A DNA stretch of 64,000 bases from Methylococcales bacterium (GCA_028707085.1 JAQTUW010000001.1:57030-121029), one strand, 5' to 3'; shown: positions 28,653 through 39,143, numbered from the stretch's first letter. Notes: a model not told the origin generated them from the letters alone. Program-made: numbers and translations.

Positions 28653-28687
28653 CATACTATATTTGCAGTGACTGCAAATATAGTATG
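28653..28687. repeat. Perfect 35-bp palindrome (17-bp arms, 1-nt centre)
   Basis: CATACTATATTTGCAGT g ACTGCAAATATAGTATG was read directly. It lies in the divergent intergenic region between 28346(-) and 28928(+). Confidence 0.9.
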
Positions 28688-28840
28688 CAAGAATGGTATG
28701 CAATTGCCGGGCGGCGGCCTGAGTCAAAAAATAAAATCACTAAATAACCATAATATAATATTGGTAATTATTTCTATATATAAGCCGGAATGGGCGGCAG
28801 TGGCCTGAGAGATGCGAGACGGACAGTTCGCTTAGTGGAT

Positions 28841-28895
28841 GTCGTAGCGCGAATCCTGATAGAATCTTCGGACGCGGCTATCGACCTCTGTTTTT
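28841..28895 (+). terminator. Terminator-like hairpin plus T-run in the 5' leader of the DUF1624 gene (possible attenuator)
   Basis: GTCGTAGCGCG...CGCGGCTATCGAC forms an imperfect stem with two bulges. It is followed by CTCTGTTTTT and ends about 33 nt before ATG 28928. Confidence 0.3.
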
Positions 28896-28927
28896 GATGT
28901 CCCGATAAAGAAATCCTTCCGGATCGG

Positions 28928-30139
28928 ATGGGCAGGCTAAATGGCATACAGGATCATTACGCTTTGAATACCGAATCATCATCAGGAAGACTTGCTTCCA
29001 TAGACATTCTGCGCGGACTGGTCATGGCCTTAATGACGCTGGATCATACCCGCGATTTTTTCAGCAACGCCCATTTCAGCCTGACCAATCTGGACAAAAC
29101 CACGGTGGCGTTGTTTTTAACCCGCTGGATTACTCATTTCTGCGCGGCGGTGTTTGTTTTTCTGGCCGGCTCCAGCGCCTATTTGTGGGTGTCGCGCCGT
29201 GGGCCCGGCGCGCCCATCAGTTCGTTTTTGTGCAAGCGCGGCCTGTTGCTGCTGGTTTTGACCACTACCGTTGAAGCCTGGGCGTGGAATTTTCGGCACG
29301 ACTTTCAGCATCTCAACGGCGGCGTGCTTTGGGCGATAGGTTGGTCCATGATCGTCATGGCCGGTCTGGTCAAACTACCGCTGGGCTGGATTGTGGGCGT
29401 CGGAAGCTCGATGATAGTTCTGCATAACGCATTCGACCCGCTGGAATCCGCAAGCCTGGGCGTATTCGGCCCCTTGTGGGCGGTGCTGCATACCGGCCAG
29501 GCGCTCAAGCTGGGCGGCGGCTGGGAGCTTAACCCCTATTATCCGTTGATCCCTTGGATAGGGGTGATGGCTGTGGGTTATGGTTTTGGCAAATGGATGA
29601 GCATCAGTCGGTTGCGCACCCGGCGGCGTTTGCTGGCGCTGGGCTGTTCCCTGATAGCCGCGTTTTTCCTGCTGCGCCTGAGCAATCTCTATGGCGACCC
29701 AAAGTCCTGGCAAGTCTTTCCTGATCCGGTCTTTACGGTTTTATCCTTTATCAATTGCCAAAAATATCCGCCGTCGTTGCTGTATTTATTAATGACGCTA
29801 GGCCCGGCGATCGTATTTCTGGCTTTGGTCGAGGGCGGCGCGTTAAATTGGCTGGGATTTTTGCGCGTATTCGGCAAAACGCCGCTGTTTTTCTATCTTT
29901 TTCATTTATACCTGATCCATCTCGCGGCGCTTGCCGTTGCGGCGTTCGACAACGGGCCGGTTTCGGCGTTGGCCGGCGGCGGCATCTGGTTGCCGGAATT
30001 GCCCAAAGAATACGGATACGGCTTGCCGACAGTTTATCTGTTATGGTTGCTGATGTTGCTGATGCTGTACCCGATTTGCCGTGGATTCGAAACCCTAAAG
30101 GCAAACCGGCCGCATTGGGGTTGGCTTAAATATCTGTAA
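28928..30139 (+). CDS. DUF1624 / heparan-alpha-glucosaminide N-acetyltransferase-like polytopic membrane protein
   Basis: RLASIDILRGLVMALMTLDHTRDFF is the family's N-terminal signature. The protein has about 10 hydrophobic segments. Confidence 0.7.
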   Translation: MGRLNGIQDHYALNTESSSGRLASIDILRGLVMALMTLDHTRDFFSNAHFSLTNLDKTTVALFLTRWITHFCAAVFVFLAGSSAYLWVSRRGPGAPISSFLCKRGLLLLVLTTTVEAWAWNFRHDFQHLNGGVLWAIGWSMIVMAGLVKLPLGWIVGVGSSMIVLHNAFDPLESASLGVFGPLWAVLHTGQALKLGGGWELNPYYPLIPWIGVMAVGYGFGKWMSISRLRTRRRLLALGCSLIAAFFLLRLSNLYGDPKSWQVFPDPVFTVLSFINCQKYPPSLLYLLMTLGPAIVFLALVEGGALNWLGFLRVFGKTPLFFYLFHLYLIHLAALAVAAFDNGPVSALAGGGIWLPELPKEYGYGLPTVYLLWLLMLLMLYPICRGFETLKANRPHWGWLKYL

Positions 30140-30437
30140 CTTACGACAAATGGGGACAGACTGTCGTTGAAATTGGTCACATAATTTAAAGTCGGTGAAG
30201 GATAAGGTTGGTCTGTCTGGCTTCTCGCCGAGGTATTTAAAATAGTGCTGATATGCGTGGTTTGCACGATCTCAAAAAAGCTCGGCGGAAATGGGTTAAA
30301 CCCTATCCTTACATTTCAATGATAGGACTTCTAGTCTTGTTCCCAAACTTTTCTGAACAAAATTGCCTGGCGTTGATCAACTGTTAGCAGTATAAGACTA
30401 ACGCGCTAAACCCGATATCGATTCAGTTGAGGTAAAA

Positions 30438-30818
30438 ATGATGAACACATTATTCCGTTCCCTGCTTTTGTTTTTGATGTTTACCGGTCTTGCGGCCGCT
30501 GGCGAACAGGCCTTTACCCAGGCCGCTTTCGATAAGCTGCAACAGCAGGGCCAACCCATACTGGTTTCCATTCATGCCGACTGGTGTCCGGTCTGCCGCG
30601 CCCAGGCGCCGATTATCGGCAAATTGCTTAAGGAAGGCGATTTTCAGAAAATAAACGCCCTGCGGGTGGATTTCGACCAGCAAAAGCCCGTGGTGCACGC
30701 CTTCAGGGCCAGTACCCAGAGTACACTGATTGTCTTCAAGGGCGGTAAAGAAGTGGGGCGCAGCGTGGGCGACACCAGCGAGGCGGGCATAGCCAGTCTG
30801 CTTAAAAAAGCATTGTGA
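30438..30818 (+). CDS. Secreted thioredoxin-fold protein
   Basis: It has a signal peptide and the active site HADWCPVCRAQ (CxxC). Confidence 0.8.
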   Translation: MMNTLFRSLLLFLMFTGLAAAGEQAFTQAAFDKLQQQGQPILVSIHADWCPVCRAQAPIIGKLLKEGDFQKINALRVDFDQQKPVVHAFRASTQSTLIVFKGGKEVGRSVGDTSEAGIASLLKKAL

Positions 30819-30830
30819 CGAGGTAGCCCC

Positions 30831-31559
30831 ATGTTTGCCGAAATAGCTGTTTACGGGCTCAGCATCGTAGCCGGAGCCTTATCTTCCCTGTCGCCCTGTG
30901 TGCTGCCCTTGCTGCCCATCCTGGCCGGAGCTGCGCTGAACACCCATCGCCTGGGGCTATACGCTTTGGCCGCCGGTCTGGCGCTGTCGTTCACCATCAT
31001 CGGTTTGCTGCTGGCGACCATGGGCAGCGTACTGGGCCTGGATCAGACCCTGCTGCGCCATATCGGAGCCGTGCTGCTGATATTGTTCGGCGCCATATTG
31101 ATGTCGGAACGCCTGCAGCATCTGTTTGCCGAGGCGACAGCCGGCCTGGGTGGCGCGGGACAGTCGTTGCTGGAGCGGGTTTCCGCCGACACCTTGCAGG
31201 GCCAGTTTTTTCTGGGGCTGATACTGGGCGTGGTGTGGAGTCCCTGCGTCGGGCCGACGCTGGGGGCGGCCATCGTCATGGCCAGCCAGGGCGGCCATCT
31301 TTTTCACACCGCATTGGTCATGCTGCTGTTTGGCGTCGGCGCGACTTTGCCGCTGATCCTGCTGGGTACGCTGTCGCAGCAGGTCGATAAAAACAACAAG
31401 GCCAGGCTGCTGCTGACCGGCAAAACCGGCAAGATGGTGCTGGGCGGACTGCTGGCCGCTGTGGGTCTTTTGATCCTCGGCGGGCTGGACAAAGTCTTTG
31501 AAGCCTGGGTGTTGAATCATTTCCCGGAATGGCTAATCCGCCTGACCACGGCGGTCTGA
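30831..31559 (+). CDS. Cytochrome c biogenesis CcdA/DsbD-type transmembrane thiol-disulfide transporter
   Basis: The SLSPCVLPLLP and VWSPCVGPTLG motifs (conserved Cys in TM1 and TM4) are present. It is adjacent to the thioredoxin gene. Confidence 0.8.
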   Translation: MFAEIAVYGLSIVAGALSSLSPCVLPLLPILAGAALNTHRLGLYALAAGLALSFTIIGLLLATMGSVLGLDQTLLRHIGAVLLILFGAILMSERLQHLFAEATAGLGGAGQSLLERVSADTLQGQFFLGLILGVVWSPCVGPTLGAAIVMASQGGHLFHTALVMLLFGVGATLPLILLGTLSQQVDKNNKARLLLTGKTGKMVLGGLLAAVGLLILGGLDKVFEAWVLNHFPEWLIRLTTAV

Positions 31560-31745
31560 TCGGCGGTCACAATCCGGCGCGGCCTGAAGTACGGCGGCTG
31601 CCCGGATTTTCCGTTTGCAACCTGGTTTTGCAGCAAGTCGGAAGTCATTCGCCGTGTGTTCGTTAGCGGTTCGCCACAGATCAAAAGCCTGTGCATGATT
31701 AACCCTAACCGTTTTGCCTTCCAGCATGAGCATTAAAAATTAACT

Positions 31746-31773
31746 TTGCAAAAACAGTGCCTGTTTATATAAT
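31746..31773 (+). promoter_or_regulatory. Sigma70-type promoter candidate for rpsF-rpsR
   Basis: TTGCAA (31746-31751) and TATAAT (31768-31773) are separated by a 16-nt spacer. The site lies about 85 nt upstream of the rpsF ATG. Confidence 0.45.
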
Positions 31774-31858
31774 GGGCGGCTATTTGGGGCAGTCTGCGCC
31801 AAATCCTTGCTTCACCGCCCTTGCTGGCGGGAGGCTTTTTTAACCGAAAGGAGAAATC

Positions 31859-32278
31859 ATGCGACATTATGAAATCGTCTTCCTGGTACACCCTGATCAA
31901 AGCGCTCAGGTTCCTGCCATGATTGAACGTTACAAATCCACCGTTGAAGATGCGAGCGGCAAAATTCACCGGCTGGAAGACTGGGGCCGTAGACATCTGG
32001 CCTATCCGATCAAAAAAATTCACAAGGCGCATTATGTGCTGATGAATATCGAATGCGACCAGACCACGCTGGAAGAGCTGGAAAGCGGCTTCCGTTTTAA
32101 CGACGCCATTCTGCGCAGTATGACCTTGCTGAAAAAAGAGCCGATTACCGGGCCTTCCGCCATCGCCATCAGTGGCAATGACGGCCAAAAAACCTCTAGC
32201 CGGGTAAAAGAGGAAGTAGAAGAAGTCAGCGTGGAAGAAGTGGAAGTGGAAGCGGAAACTGAAGCCGCTACGGAATAA
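31859..32278 (+). CDS. rpsF: 30S ribosomal protein S6 (with acidic C-terminal tail)
   Basis: [15 protein letters not shown]...[20 protein letters not shown] is the canonical S6 sequence. Confidence 0.95.
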   Translation: MRHYEIVFLVHPDQSAQVPAMIERYKSTVEDASGKIHRLEDWGRRHLAYPIKKIHKAHYVLMNIECDQTTLEELESGFRFNDAILRSMTLLKKEPITGPSAIAISGNDGQKTSSRVKEEVEEVSVEEVEVEAETEAATE

Positions 32279-32301
32279 TAATACTGGAATCGAGAATTCA
32301 T

Positions 32302-32532
32302 ATGGCACGTAATAATATCAGACGTAAAAAAGGCTGTCGTTTCAGCGGTGAAGGCGCAATCGTGATCGATTATAAAGATCTTGATCTGCTTAGCGAGTAC
32401 ATTACCGAAACCGGCAAGATCATTCCCAGCCGCATCACAGGCACCAGTGCAAAATATCAAAGACAGTTGACATCGGCCATCAAGCAGGCCAGATTCATTG
32501 CGCTGCTGCCGTTCTGCGACGCACATAAATAA
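32302..32532 (+). CDS. rpsR: 30S ribosomal protein S18
   Basis: [50 protein letters not shown] is the canonical S18 sequence. Confidence 0.95.
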   Translation: MARNNIRRKKGCRFSGEGAIVIDYKDLDLLSEYITETGKIIPSRITGTSAKYQRQLTSAIKQARFIALLPFCDAHK

Positions 32533-32552
32533 ACGCTAAAGGGAGTAAAGTC

Positions 32553-33464
32553 GTGCAATTTCTGGCGGCCTATATCATGAAAGGGCGGATGCAGGCCATG
32601 ATTGTCGCATCGACGCTGGCGATTTTGTCGCTGCTTTTTCTCCCGATCAGTATTGTAAGTTCGGCCACGGTCGCTCTGGTGACCTTGCGGCTGGGCAGTC
32701 GCGAAGGCCTGTATGTGCTGCTCAGCGGTTGCGCGGCGGCGGCGGTGTTGAGCCTTTTGCTGTTTGCCGACGATCACTTTGCACTGATGCGGCTGGTGTT
32801 GTGGTTCTGGCTGCCGGTCTGGCTGATCGCCATCAGTCTGCGCGAAGGGCGGCAACTGTCCGGATCAATGGAAATCGCTGTGCTGCTGGGCGTACTCGGC
32901 GTAATGGGCTTTTACTGGCTTCAGCCCGATCCGGCTGCATTCTGGCGTGGGGTGCTGGCTGTGGTGGCGCCTTTGATGTTTCAGGGGCAACCCGATGCGG
33001 CGGCAGATAATCTCAAGGCGTTTATTGAGATGATCGCCTATTACATGACCGGCGGTTTTGCCGCGGCAAGCGTGTATATGCTGCTGTTCGGCCTGCTTCT
33101 GGCAAGATGGTGGCAGGCGGGGCTTTACAACCCGGGCGGATTCCGGACGGAATTTCTGGGTTTGAAAGGCCACAGCTATCTGGCCGTCGCCACATTGCTG
33201 GTAACGGCTCTGATCTGGCTGTCTGGCGGAGAACTGGCCGAGATGAGCGCGAATGTGCTGATTGTGCTGTGCGTGTTTTATACCTTTATCGGCACGGCGG
33301 TGTTGCACTGCTCGTTTGCAAACATGAAAGGCAGTCGCTTCACAGTGCCGTTTTTATATTTCACGCTGTTTACCATTCCGCATGTTCTGGTGTTGGTGGC
33401 GCTATGCGGTTTATGTGATACATGGCTGGACTTACGAAATAAACTCAAACCAAACGGGGCGTAA
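32553..33464 (+). CDS. Polytopic membrane protein (DUF2232-like) between rpsR and rplI
   Basis: It is a hydrophobic 303-aa ORF with a GTG start 21 nt after rpsR. The family call is from recall of the conserved rpsR-X-rplI arrangement. Confidence 0.55.
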   Translation: MQFLAAYIMKGRMQAMIVASTLAILSLLFLPISIVSSATVALVTLRLGSREGLYVLLSGCAAAAVLSLLLFADDHFALMRLVLWFWLPVWLIAISLREGRQLSGSMEIAVLLGVLGVMGFYWLQPDPAAFWRGVLAVVAPLMFQGQPDAAADNLKAFIEMIAYYMTGGFAAASVYMLLFGLLLARWWQAGLYNPGGFRTEFLGLKGHSYLAVATLLVTALIWLSGGELAEMSANVLIVLCVFYTFIGTAVLHCSFANMKGSRFTVPFLYFTLFTIPHVLVLVALCGLCDTWLDLRNKLKPNGA

Positions 33465-33510
33465 ATCCCCTGACTTTTCGACAAAATGTCGATATACGAG
33501 GTATGTAAAG

Positions 33511-33957
33511 ATGGATGTTATTCTTCTCGAGAAAACAGCAAACCTGGGTAACCTGGGTGACAGAGTAACCATTAGAAACGGTTACGCCAGGAATTACCTG
33601 ATTCCACAGGGCAAAGCCGTTGCGGCCACCCCTAAAAAAATCAAGGAATTCGAAGAGCGCCGCGCCGAGCTGGAAAAATTGTCGGCCGAAAAGCTGGCGG
33701 CAGCCACCGCCCGCGGCGAGGAATTGAGCAAACTGACTATCGTTATCACCCATAAAACCGGTGACGAAGGCCGTCTGTTCGGTTCTGTCGGTACCCAGAG
33801 CGTTGCCGATGCGATTACCGCCGCCGGCATTAAGGTGGACAAACACGAAGTCCGCATGCCGAAAGGCGTGATCCGCCATGTCGGCGATTACGATATAGAC
33901 ATCAATCTGCATACCGATGTGGTTGTCACGCTGCCGATTAAAATCGCGGCCGAATAA
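33511..33957 (+). CDS. rplI: 50S ribosomal protein L9
   Basis: MDVILLEKTANLGNLGDRVTIRNGYARNYLIPQGKAV is the canonical L9 N-terminus. The start was moved to ATG 33511. Confidence 0.95.
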   Translation: MDVILLEKTANLGNLGDRVTIRNGYARNYLIPQGKAVAATPKKIKEFEERRAELEKLSAEKLAAATARGEELSKLTIVITHKTGDEGRLFGSVGTQSVADAITAAGIKVDKHEVRMPKGVIRHVGDYDIDINLHTDVVVTLPIKIAAE

Positions 33958-33963
33958 TCGGGC

Positions 33964-34908
33964 ATGATCATCGTAACCGGCGGCGCCGGTTTCATTGGCA
34001 GTAATCTGGTTTTGGCGCTGAACGCCCGTGGTTACGATGATATTCTGGTAGTCGATCATTTGCAGAACGGCGTCAAATTCCGCAATCTGACCGATTGCCG
34101 CATCGCGGATTATCTGGATAAAAGCACTTTTCTGGCACGTTTGCAGCAGGGTGCTTTTGCCGGCTTGCCGGTACAGGCCGTTTTCCATCAGGGGGCCTGT
34201 TCAAGCACCACTGAGTGGGATGGCCGCTACATGATGGAAAACAATTATGAATACAGCAAAATACTGTTTCATTATTGCCAGCAGCAGAAAATCCCCTTCA
34301 TTTACGCTTCCAGCGCGGCTGTTTACGGCAGTGGCAGGCAGTTCAGGGAAGACCTGGATTACGAATCGCCGTTGAATGTCTACGGCTATTCAAAATTCCA
34401 GTTCGACCAGTATGTACGCAAATATTTGCCGGCTTTGAACGCGCAAGTGGTGGGCCTGCGCTATTTCAACGTCTACGGTCCGCGTGAGGCCCACAAGGGC
34501 GGCATGGCCAGCGTGGCCTATCATCTCGACCGGCAGATCAGGGAGGCCGACGGCCTGCGTTTGTTCGCCGGCTGCCACGGCTACGCGGACGGCGAACAGC
34601 GCCGTGATTTCGTTTATGTCGGCGATGTCGCCGAACTCAATCTGTGGTTTCTGGAGCATCCCGAGGTCTCCGGCATTTTCAATGCCGGCACCGGCAGCAG
34701 CCAGACCTTTAACGACGTGGCGAACGCGGTGATAGCCTACCACCGGCGCGGCTTTATCGAATACATTCCTTTCCCCGAACATTTGAAAGGCTGTTACCAG
34801 AGCTTTACCGAAGCCAACCTGGAACAGTTGCGGGCCGCAGGCTGCGATCTGGTTTTCAAAACCGTCGAGCAGGGCGTGCCGCTGTATATGGAATGGCTAA
34901 ACCGCTAA
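33964..34908 (+). CDS. hldD: ADP-L-glycero-D-manno-heptose 6-epimerase
   Basis: [19 protein letters not shown]...ILVVD.L..G.KF.NL, SSAAVYG and YGYSK motifs are present. The length is 314 aa. Confidence 0.9.
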   Translation: MIIVTGGAGFIGSNLVLALNARGYDDILVVDHLQNGVKFRNLTDCRIADYLDKSTFLARLQQGAFAGLPVQAVFHQGACSSTTEWDGRYMMENNYEYSKILFHYCQQQKIPFIYASSAAVYGSGRQFREDLDYESPLNVYGYSKFQFDQYVRKYLPALNAQVVGLRYFNVYGPREAHKGGMASVAYHLDRQIREADGLRLFAGCHGYADGEQRRDFVYVGDVAELNLWFLEHPEVSGIFNAGTGSSQTFNDVANAVIAYHRRGFIEYIPFPEHLKGCYQSFTEANLEQLRAAGCDLVFKTVEQGVPLYMEWLNR

Positions 34909-37137
34909 ACCATCGCTGGCAGTTGTTTCGATTCTCTCGATCAATTCCACGATTTGCTTGTCCAGCATGAACCTCAACGTCCATTCCATGGCCAGATCGG
35001 CCGGTAAACGGGTGATGCGATGGTGTTCGGCATAGCTTTGGTGAAGCCGTTCCCGGCTTTCGGCGATATTGCCGCCGATTTCCGGGATTTCGCCTTGCAG
35101 CACTCGCGCGGCATTCTCCAGAGCGGTCGCCAGCGATGCGTCAAAGGCGCGGCTATGCTGTTGCAATTCCTCGGGAAAATCGCTAAATCGCTGGCCGCTG
35201 AGCAAGCGGTAGCGTTTCCTTATTTGCAGCAATCCGGACAAATGGCTGGCGTCTTTGACAATCATTCTCAGCGTCGTTCGTTGGTGGGCCTTGTCCGGCA
35301 ACCGCGCATCCGGCTCCAGCAGGGCGTGAGCAATCAAGTCCTGGGCGGCAGCCAGATCTTTTTCCGTAGACAAGCGTAAGGGCAGGGTGTATTTCAGCAA
35401 ATGACCGGGATCGGGCAGCCGGATGGTGAACCGGGAAAGACTGCGCAATGCCGATACGCAATGGTGGCGGGCCAGCACGATCGAACGCCTTGGCCATAGC
35501 GCATAGTCGAGCACCCCCATGACGATCAGGCCAAGCAAAATCCCGATAACCCGGTCTCGCGGCAGATACAGATCGGTTACCTCTCCAAAATCATGCAATA
35601 TAAACAGGGCAAACGAAAAGCCGAGTTGCCTGCCCAGATAGGCGATCCGTTCGCTGCCAGCGGTAATCCAGGCGGCGATAGCCCAGAATGGCGCGGTCGC
35701 GAGAGCAAAACCGACGATGGTATCGAGTTGAGACTGCAAGACCAGCACATAAAAGTAGGCGCACAACCCGCCCAAAGCCGCGCCCGACACCCGCAATAGC
35801 GATAGCCTATAGTCCGCGCCCAGGCTGGTCTGGGCGGCGACCAGACAGGTCGGGATGGCGGTATTGATGGCCGGCCAGCCCAGGCTTTCCACAATCAGCG
35901 CGCAAAGCATGGCTCCCAGAGAAAATTTAATCCCGAATTGCAGGCTATCGGCGTGCGTCGCCCAAAACGCATAGCCCAACCAGGCCGGCAACCCATTCTC
36001 GGCCTGATCGGCCAGGATTTTTTCTTCCGCGCCATGCCGTCCGGATAGCGTTGCCGGTTGATGCAGGTCGTGCATCAATCCGGCAATCCGTTGCAAAGCG
36101 CGCCACAAGGCTGTCAACAGCGTCGGGTTGGTTTGTCCGGAATAGCCGAACAACACTTCGTCGGCCAGCAAGCTATTTATTTGCGCGGACACATCGCGCG
36201 AGGCCATGACGCCCAGCCGCAGTTCGACGCAGGCGTTCAGCAAGGCCAGGTAGACATTCAATTTTTCCCGGGTCATCGGCTGGGCGCGGTATTCCGCGGC
36301 CAGAACCTGATCCAGCCAGCCGGCAAACTGCGACAAGCCATCTATTTCCAGCAGCAGGGCCAGATAAGTATCATGGCGGGCATGCAGGGCGGGATGGATG
36401 GCTTCCGCATTGGCCAGCAAGCTCAGCGATTTGCCGAAGCCGCCTGCGCTCTGGTATTTAGGGGTTTCCGGCTCGGGCGGATGCACGCCGCTGTCGGCTA
36501 GGCGGATATTGAAAATGTGTTCTACCGTCGCCAGTTGCGCCGAGATATGCGACTTCAGCAATTTGAGCGGATCCTGGGGTTTGATGGCCAGATGCACCAC
36601 GGTCCACGAACCCAGCGCCAGCACGCCTATGATGGGGATATTCCACAGGGCCAGATAGATATCCGCATCCGGCGTACTCGGGCTATACAGTATTGCTATC
36701 GAATACCAGAGCGCAATGCCGGTAGGCCAAGCGATCAGCCGGGCATGAAACAGCGCCATGGCCATGATGATGAAAGACAGGCAGAACAACAGCCACGGCT
36801 CGTTGCCGGCAAGCATTAAAGTCAATACCGATAACAGGGTGGTCACCATAAGGTAGCCCAGTTGGCGGACGCCGAACACCAGCGATTGGCCGGCATTCGC
36901 ATAGGCGTCATAACTCAGGCAGACCAGTAGCGCAATCGCCCCTAACGGCGGCACATGCAAAGCTTGGCTGACGATGGCGATGGTGAATGCGACGACGAAT
37001 AACCGCAATGCGGCGACCCGCCGTTCCGGAAAATCTTTCAGCTCGGCCTTGAGAAACTGGGTCAGGCTGGTTCCGAACCAGCTTTTGCCGCGACCGGGAT
37101 GCGGCGGCGTCGCGTGCCGGTCGCCAGCGTTGCTCAT
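34897..37137 (-). CDS. FUSC-family (fusaric-acid-resistance / AaeB-like) efflux pump membrane protein
   Basis: The 746-aa protein has two hydrophobic multi-TM blocks separated and followed by helical cytoplasmic regions. Its start overlaps the upstream HlyD-family gene by 4 nt. Confidence 0.75.
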   Translation of the reverse strand: MSNAGDRHATPPHPGRGKSWFGTSLTQFLKAELKDFPERRVAALRLFVVAFTIAIVSQALHVPPLGAIALLVCLSYDAYANAGQSLVFGVRQLGYLMVTTLLSVLTLMLAGNEPWLLFCLSFIIMAMALFHARLIAWPTGIALWYSIAILYSPSTPDADIYLALWNIPIIGVLALGSWTVVHLAIKPQDPLKLLKSHISAQLATVEHIFNIRLADSGVHPPEPETPKYQSAGGFGKSLSLLANAEAIHPALHARHDTYLALLLEIDGLSQFAGWLDQVLAAEYRAQPMTREKLNVYLALLNACVELRLGVMASRDVSAQINSLLADEVLFGYSGQTNPTLLTALWRALQRIAGLMHDLHQPATLSGRHGAEEKILADQAENGLPAWLGYAFWATHADSLQFGIKFSLGAMLCALIVESLGWPAINTAIPTCLVAAQTSLGADYRLSLLRVSGAALGGLCAYFYVLVLQSQLDTIVGFALATAPFWAIAAWITAGSERIAYLGRQLGFSFALFILHDFGEVTDLYLPRDRVIGILLGLIVMGVLDYALWPRRSIVLARHHCVSALRSLSRFTIRLPDPGHLLKYTLPLRLSTEKDLAAAQDLIAHALLEPDARLPDKAHQRTTLRMIVKDASHLSGLLQIRKRYRLLSGQRFSDFPEELQQHSRAFDASLATALENAARVLQGEIPEIGGNIAESRERLHQSYAEHHRITRLPADLAMEWTLRFMLDKQIVELIERIETTASDGLAV

Positions 37138-38318
37138 GGCGGCGACAAGGCTTTGCCGGCCTGTTCAGCGCTGGAAGGTTGCGGATATAGTTCGGCGGGG
37201 CGATCGAAAACGGTGACAAAAGCGGTCATGCCCATGCGTAGCGGATGTTCGGGGTCACGCTCCCGTACCTCGATCCTGACCGGAAAACGCGATGCCAGAA
37301 TCACCCAGTTCAGCGTGCGTTGAACTTCCGGCAGCACGCCCTGCAACTTGATATTATCCGGCGAGTTGGCCCAGCCGATGCCGGTCACCACCCCTCGGTA
37401 ACGTTTGCCCGGATAACCGACCAAAAAGACTTCGGCTTCCTGGCCGGGGGTGATGGATTTTAGATAGGTTTCCTTGAAGTTGGCGATAACATACCAATGG
37501 CGGTCGTCGACCAACGCGAACATCTGGGCGCCGGCCTTGGCGTATTCGCCTTCACGTGTGTTTAGATTGGTGACGTAGGCGTTGAAAGGCGCGCGTACGT
37601 AACAGTATTCCAGATCCAGTTCGGCGGCGGTCACCGAGGCTCTGGCCGCTTCGATCCGGGCATTGATATCGCCGAATTGCGCTATCAGCGATACGGCGCT
37701 ACGTTTATCGCTTCTGGCTTCCGCGATCGCGCTGCGGGCCGACAACTCTCTGGCCTGGGCGTCGGCCAACGCCGCGCGTGAAGCCGCGTAACGGGATTGG
37801 GCCTGTCTGAGCTGATCCTGGGTAACGTACTGTTTTTCGGCCAACGGCTCGAGACGCTCAAGATAGTTATGCAGATAGGCGTCATCCGCTTCTATCCGGT
37901 TGACTTCGGCGCTGGCGGCGGCGCGCTGGTGTTCGAGGCGTTCGATGGCGAACTCCGCCGAACCGCTGGAGGCGCGCCGCGAATCCACCTCTTTTTCAGC
38001 CAGCAGCAATTCGGCCCTGGCCTTGTCCAGCCTGGCTTGGTAAGGTCTAGGATCAATGACATACAGCAAATCGCCCTGCCTGACATATTGATTGTCTTCG
38101 ACATGCAAGGCCACGATACGGCCGCTGACTTCCGGCGCGATGCCGACAATGTTGGCCCGCACCATCGCATCGTTGGTGCGCGGATTTTGATAGTTGATAC
38201 GCCACACCTGCATGCCGGCCAGCAAAGCGCCCAGCACGATTAAAATGCCGAGGATTCGTCCGAACAGCATCCGCTTTTTAAGGTTTATGGCTTGAGGATC
38301 GATTTGATTGTTTTCCAT
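37134..38318 (-). CDS. HlyD-family efflux periplasmic adaptor (AaeA/EmrA-like)
   Basis: It has a single N-terminal TM, the motif DAMVRANIVGIAPEVSGRIVALHVEDNQYVRQGDLLYVIDPRPY, a coiled-coil hairpin and a beta-barrel C-terminus. The start was moved to ATG 38318. Confidence 0.85.
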   Translation of the reverse strand: MENNQIDPQAINLKKRMLFGRILGILIVLGALLAGMQVWRINYQNPRTNDAMVRANIVGIAPEVSGRIVALHVEDNQYVRQGDLLYVIDPRPYQARLDKARAELLLAEKEVDSRRASSGSAEFAIERLEHQRAAASAEVNRIEADDAYLHNYLERLEPLAEKQYVTQDQLRQAQSRYAASRAALADAQARELSARSAIAEARSDKRSAVSLIAQFGDINARIEAARASVTAAELDLEYCYVRAPFNAYVTNLNTREGEYAKAGAQMFALVDDRHWYVIANFKETYLKSITPGQEAEVFLVGYPGKRYRGVVTGIGWANSPDNIKLQGVLPEVQRTLNWVILASRFPVRIEVRERDPEHPLRMGMTAFVTVFDRPAELYPQPSSAEQAGKALSPP

Positions 38319-38335
38319 GGGAACCGTATCTGCTC

Positions 38336-38605
38336 TTACCCGGCGTAAAACAACAGCCAGATCGCAAAGGTGCATAAAGCCCAAAGGCTGGGGGCGATCA
38401 ACAAGGGCGGCCCCAGATAGGGCGCCAGCCGGTAGCGCGCCAATTGCCACATCAACACCATGCTTGCCGCCAATCCCGCCAGAATGCAAATGATCCAGGC
38501 CGGCCAGAACGAGCCCTCAATACTTAGCATCGGATCGCAGGCGGTCAGTAAAGTAGCGGCAATCGCCCCGGAAAAGGCTTTGGGTAACCGGGCGACCAAT
38601 CTCAT
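38336..38605 (-). CDS. Small membrane protein, DUF1656/AaeX-like
   Basis: Two hydrophobic helices are present (FWPAWIICILAGLAASMVLMW and LLIAPSLWALCTFAIWLLFYAG). It sits in the position of aaeX upstream of the adaptor. The start is ambiguous: ATG 38605 (which would give a lipobox-like LLTAC) or ATG 38530. Confidence 0.5.
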   Translation of the reverse strand: MRLVARLPKAFSGAIAATLLTACDPMLSIEGSFWPAWIICILAGLAASMVLMWQLARYRLAPYLGPPLLIAPSLWALCTFAIWLLFYAG

Positions 38606-38651
38606 GGCGCGCGCCCGCCGGCCGGGATCGGGCTGGCGCGCAGCATGCGGG

Positions 38652-39128
38652 CTATTCCTGAAATTCATGGGCAGGCTCTTCCACATCATCGCCACGCGCA
38701 GTGACGACCGCCCTGTGCAGCCGCACCAGATCGGCCTCCAGCCTGGAGACTTCTTCCGGGGTATAATCATCGAACAGCCGATTGATAAATACCAGGTGCT
38801 CGGGGAAAGTCCGTTCGTATATCGCCTGCCCGGCCTCGGTCAGGCGGATGATTTGACTGCGACCATCCTTTTTGGAGGCCAACCTTTCGACGAGCCCTTT
38901 GTCTTCCAGACGGCTGACCACCCCGGTCAGCGTGCCTTTGGTGATCAATGTTTCCTCGCCGAGTTTTTTGGGCTGCATGCCGGGGGTATTGCCCAAGGTA
39001 ATAATCACGTCGTATTGCGGCAATGTTAAGTCCAGCGGGTGAACATGCCGTGCCGCATAAGACAAAAAAGCCTGGTGCGTGCGCAGCAACTGGCGCAAGA
39101 CGGTTGGAAATGTCGATTGAGAAAGCAT
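38652..39128 (-). CDS. MarR-family transcriptional regulator
   Basis: The winged-HTH region is LTLPQYDVIITLGN...TKGTLTGVVSRLEDKGLVERL...DGRSQIIRLTEAG. It heads the efflux operon. Confidence 0.85.
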   Translation of the reverse strand: MLSQSTFPTVLRQLLRTHQAFLSYAARHVHPLDLTLPQYDVIITLGNTPGMQPKKLGEETLITKGTLTGVVSRLEDKGLVERLASKKDGRSQIIRLTEAGQAIYERTFPEHLVFINRLFDDYTPEEVSRLEADLVRLHRAVVTARGDDVEEPAHEFQE

Positions 39129-39143
39129 AATATCAAGTAATTG

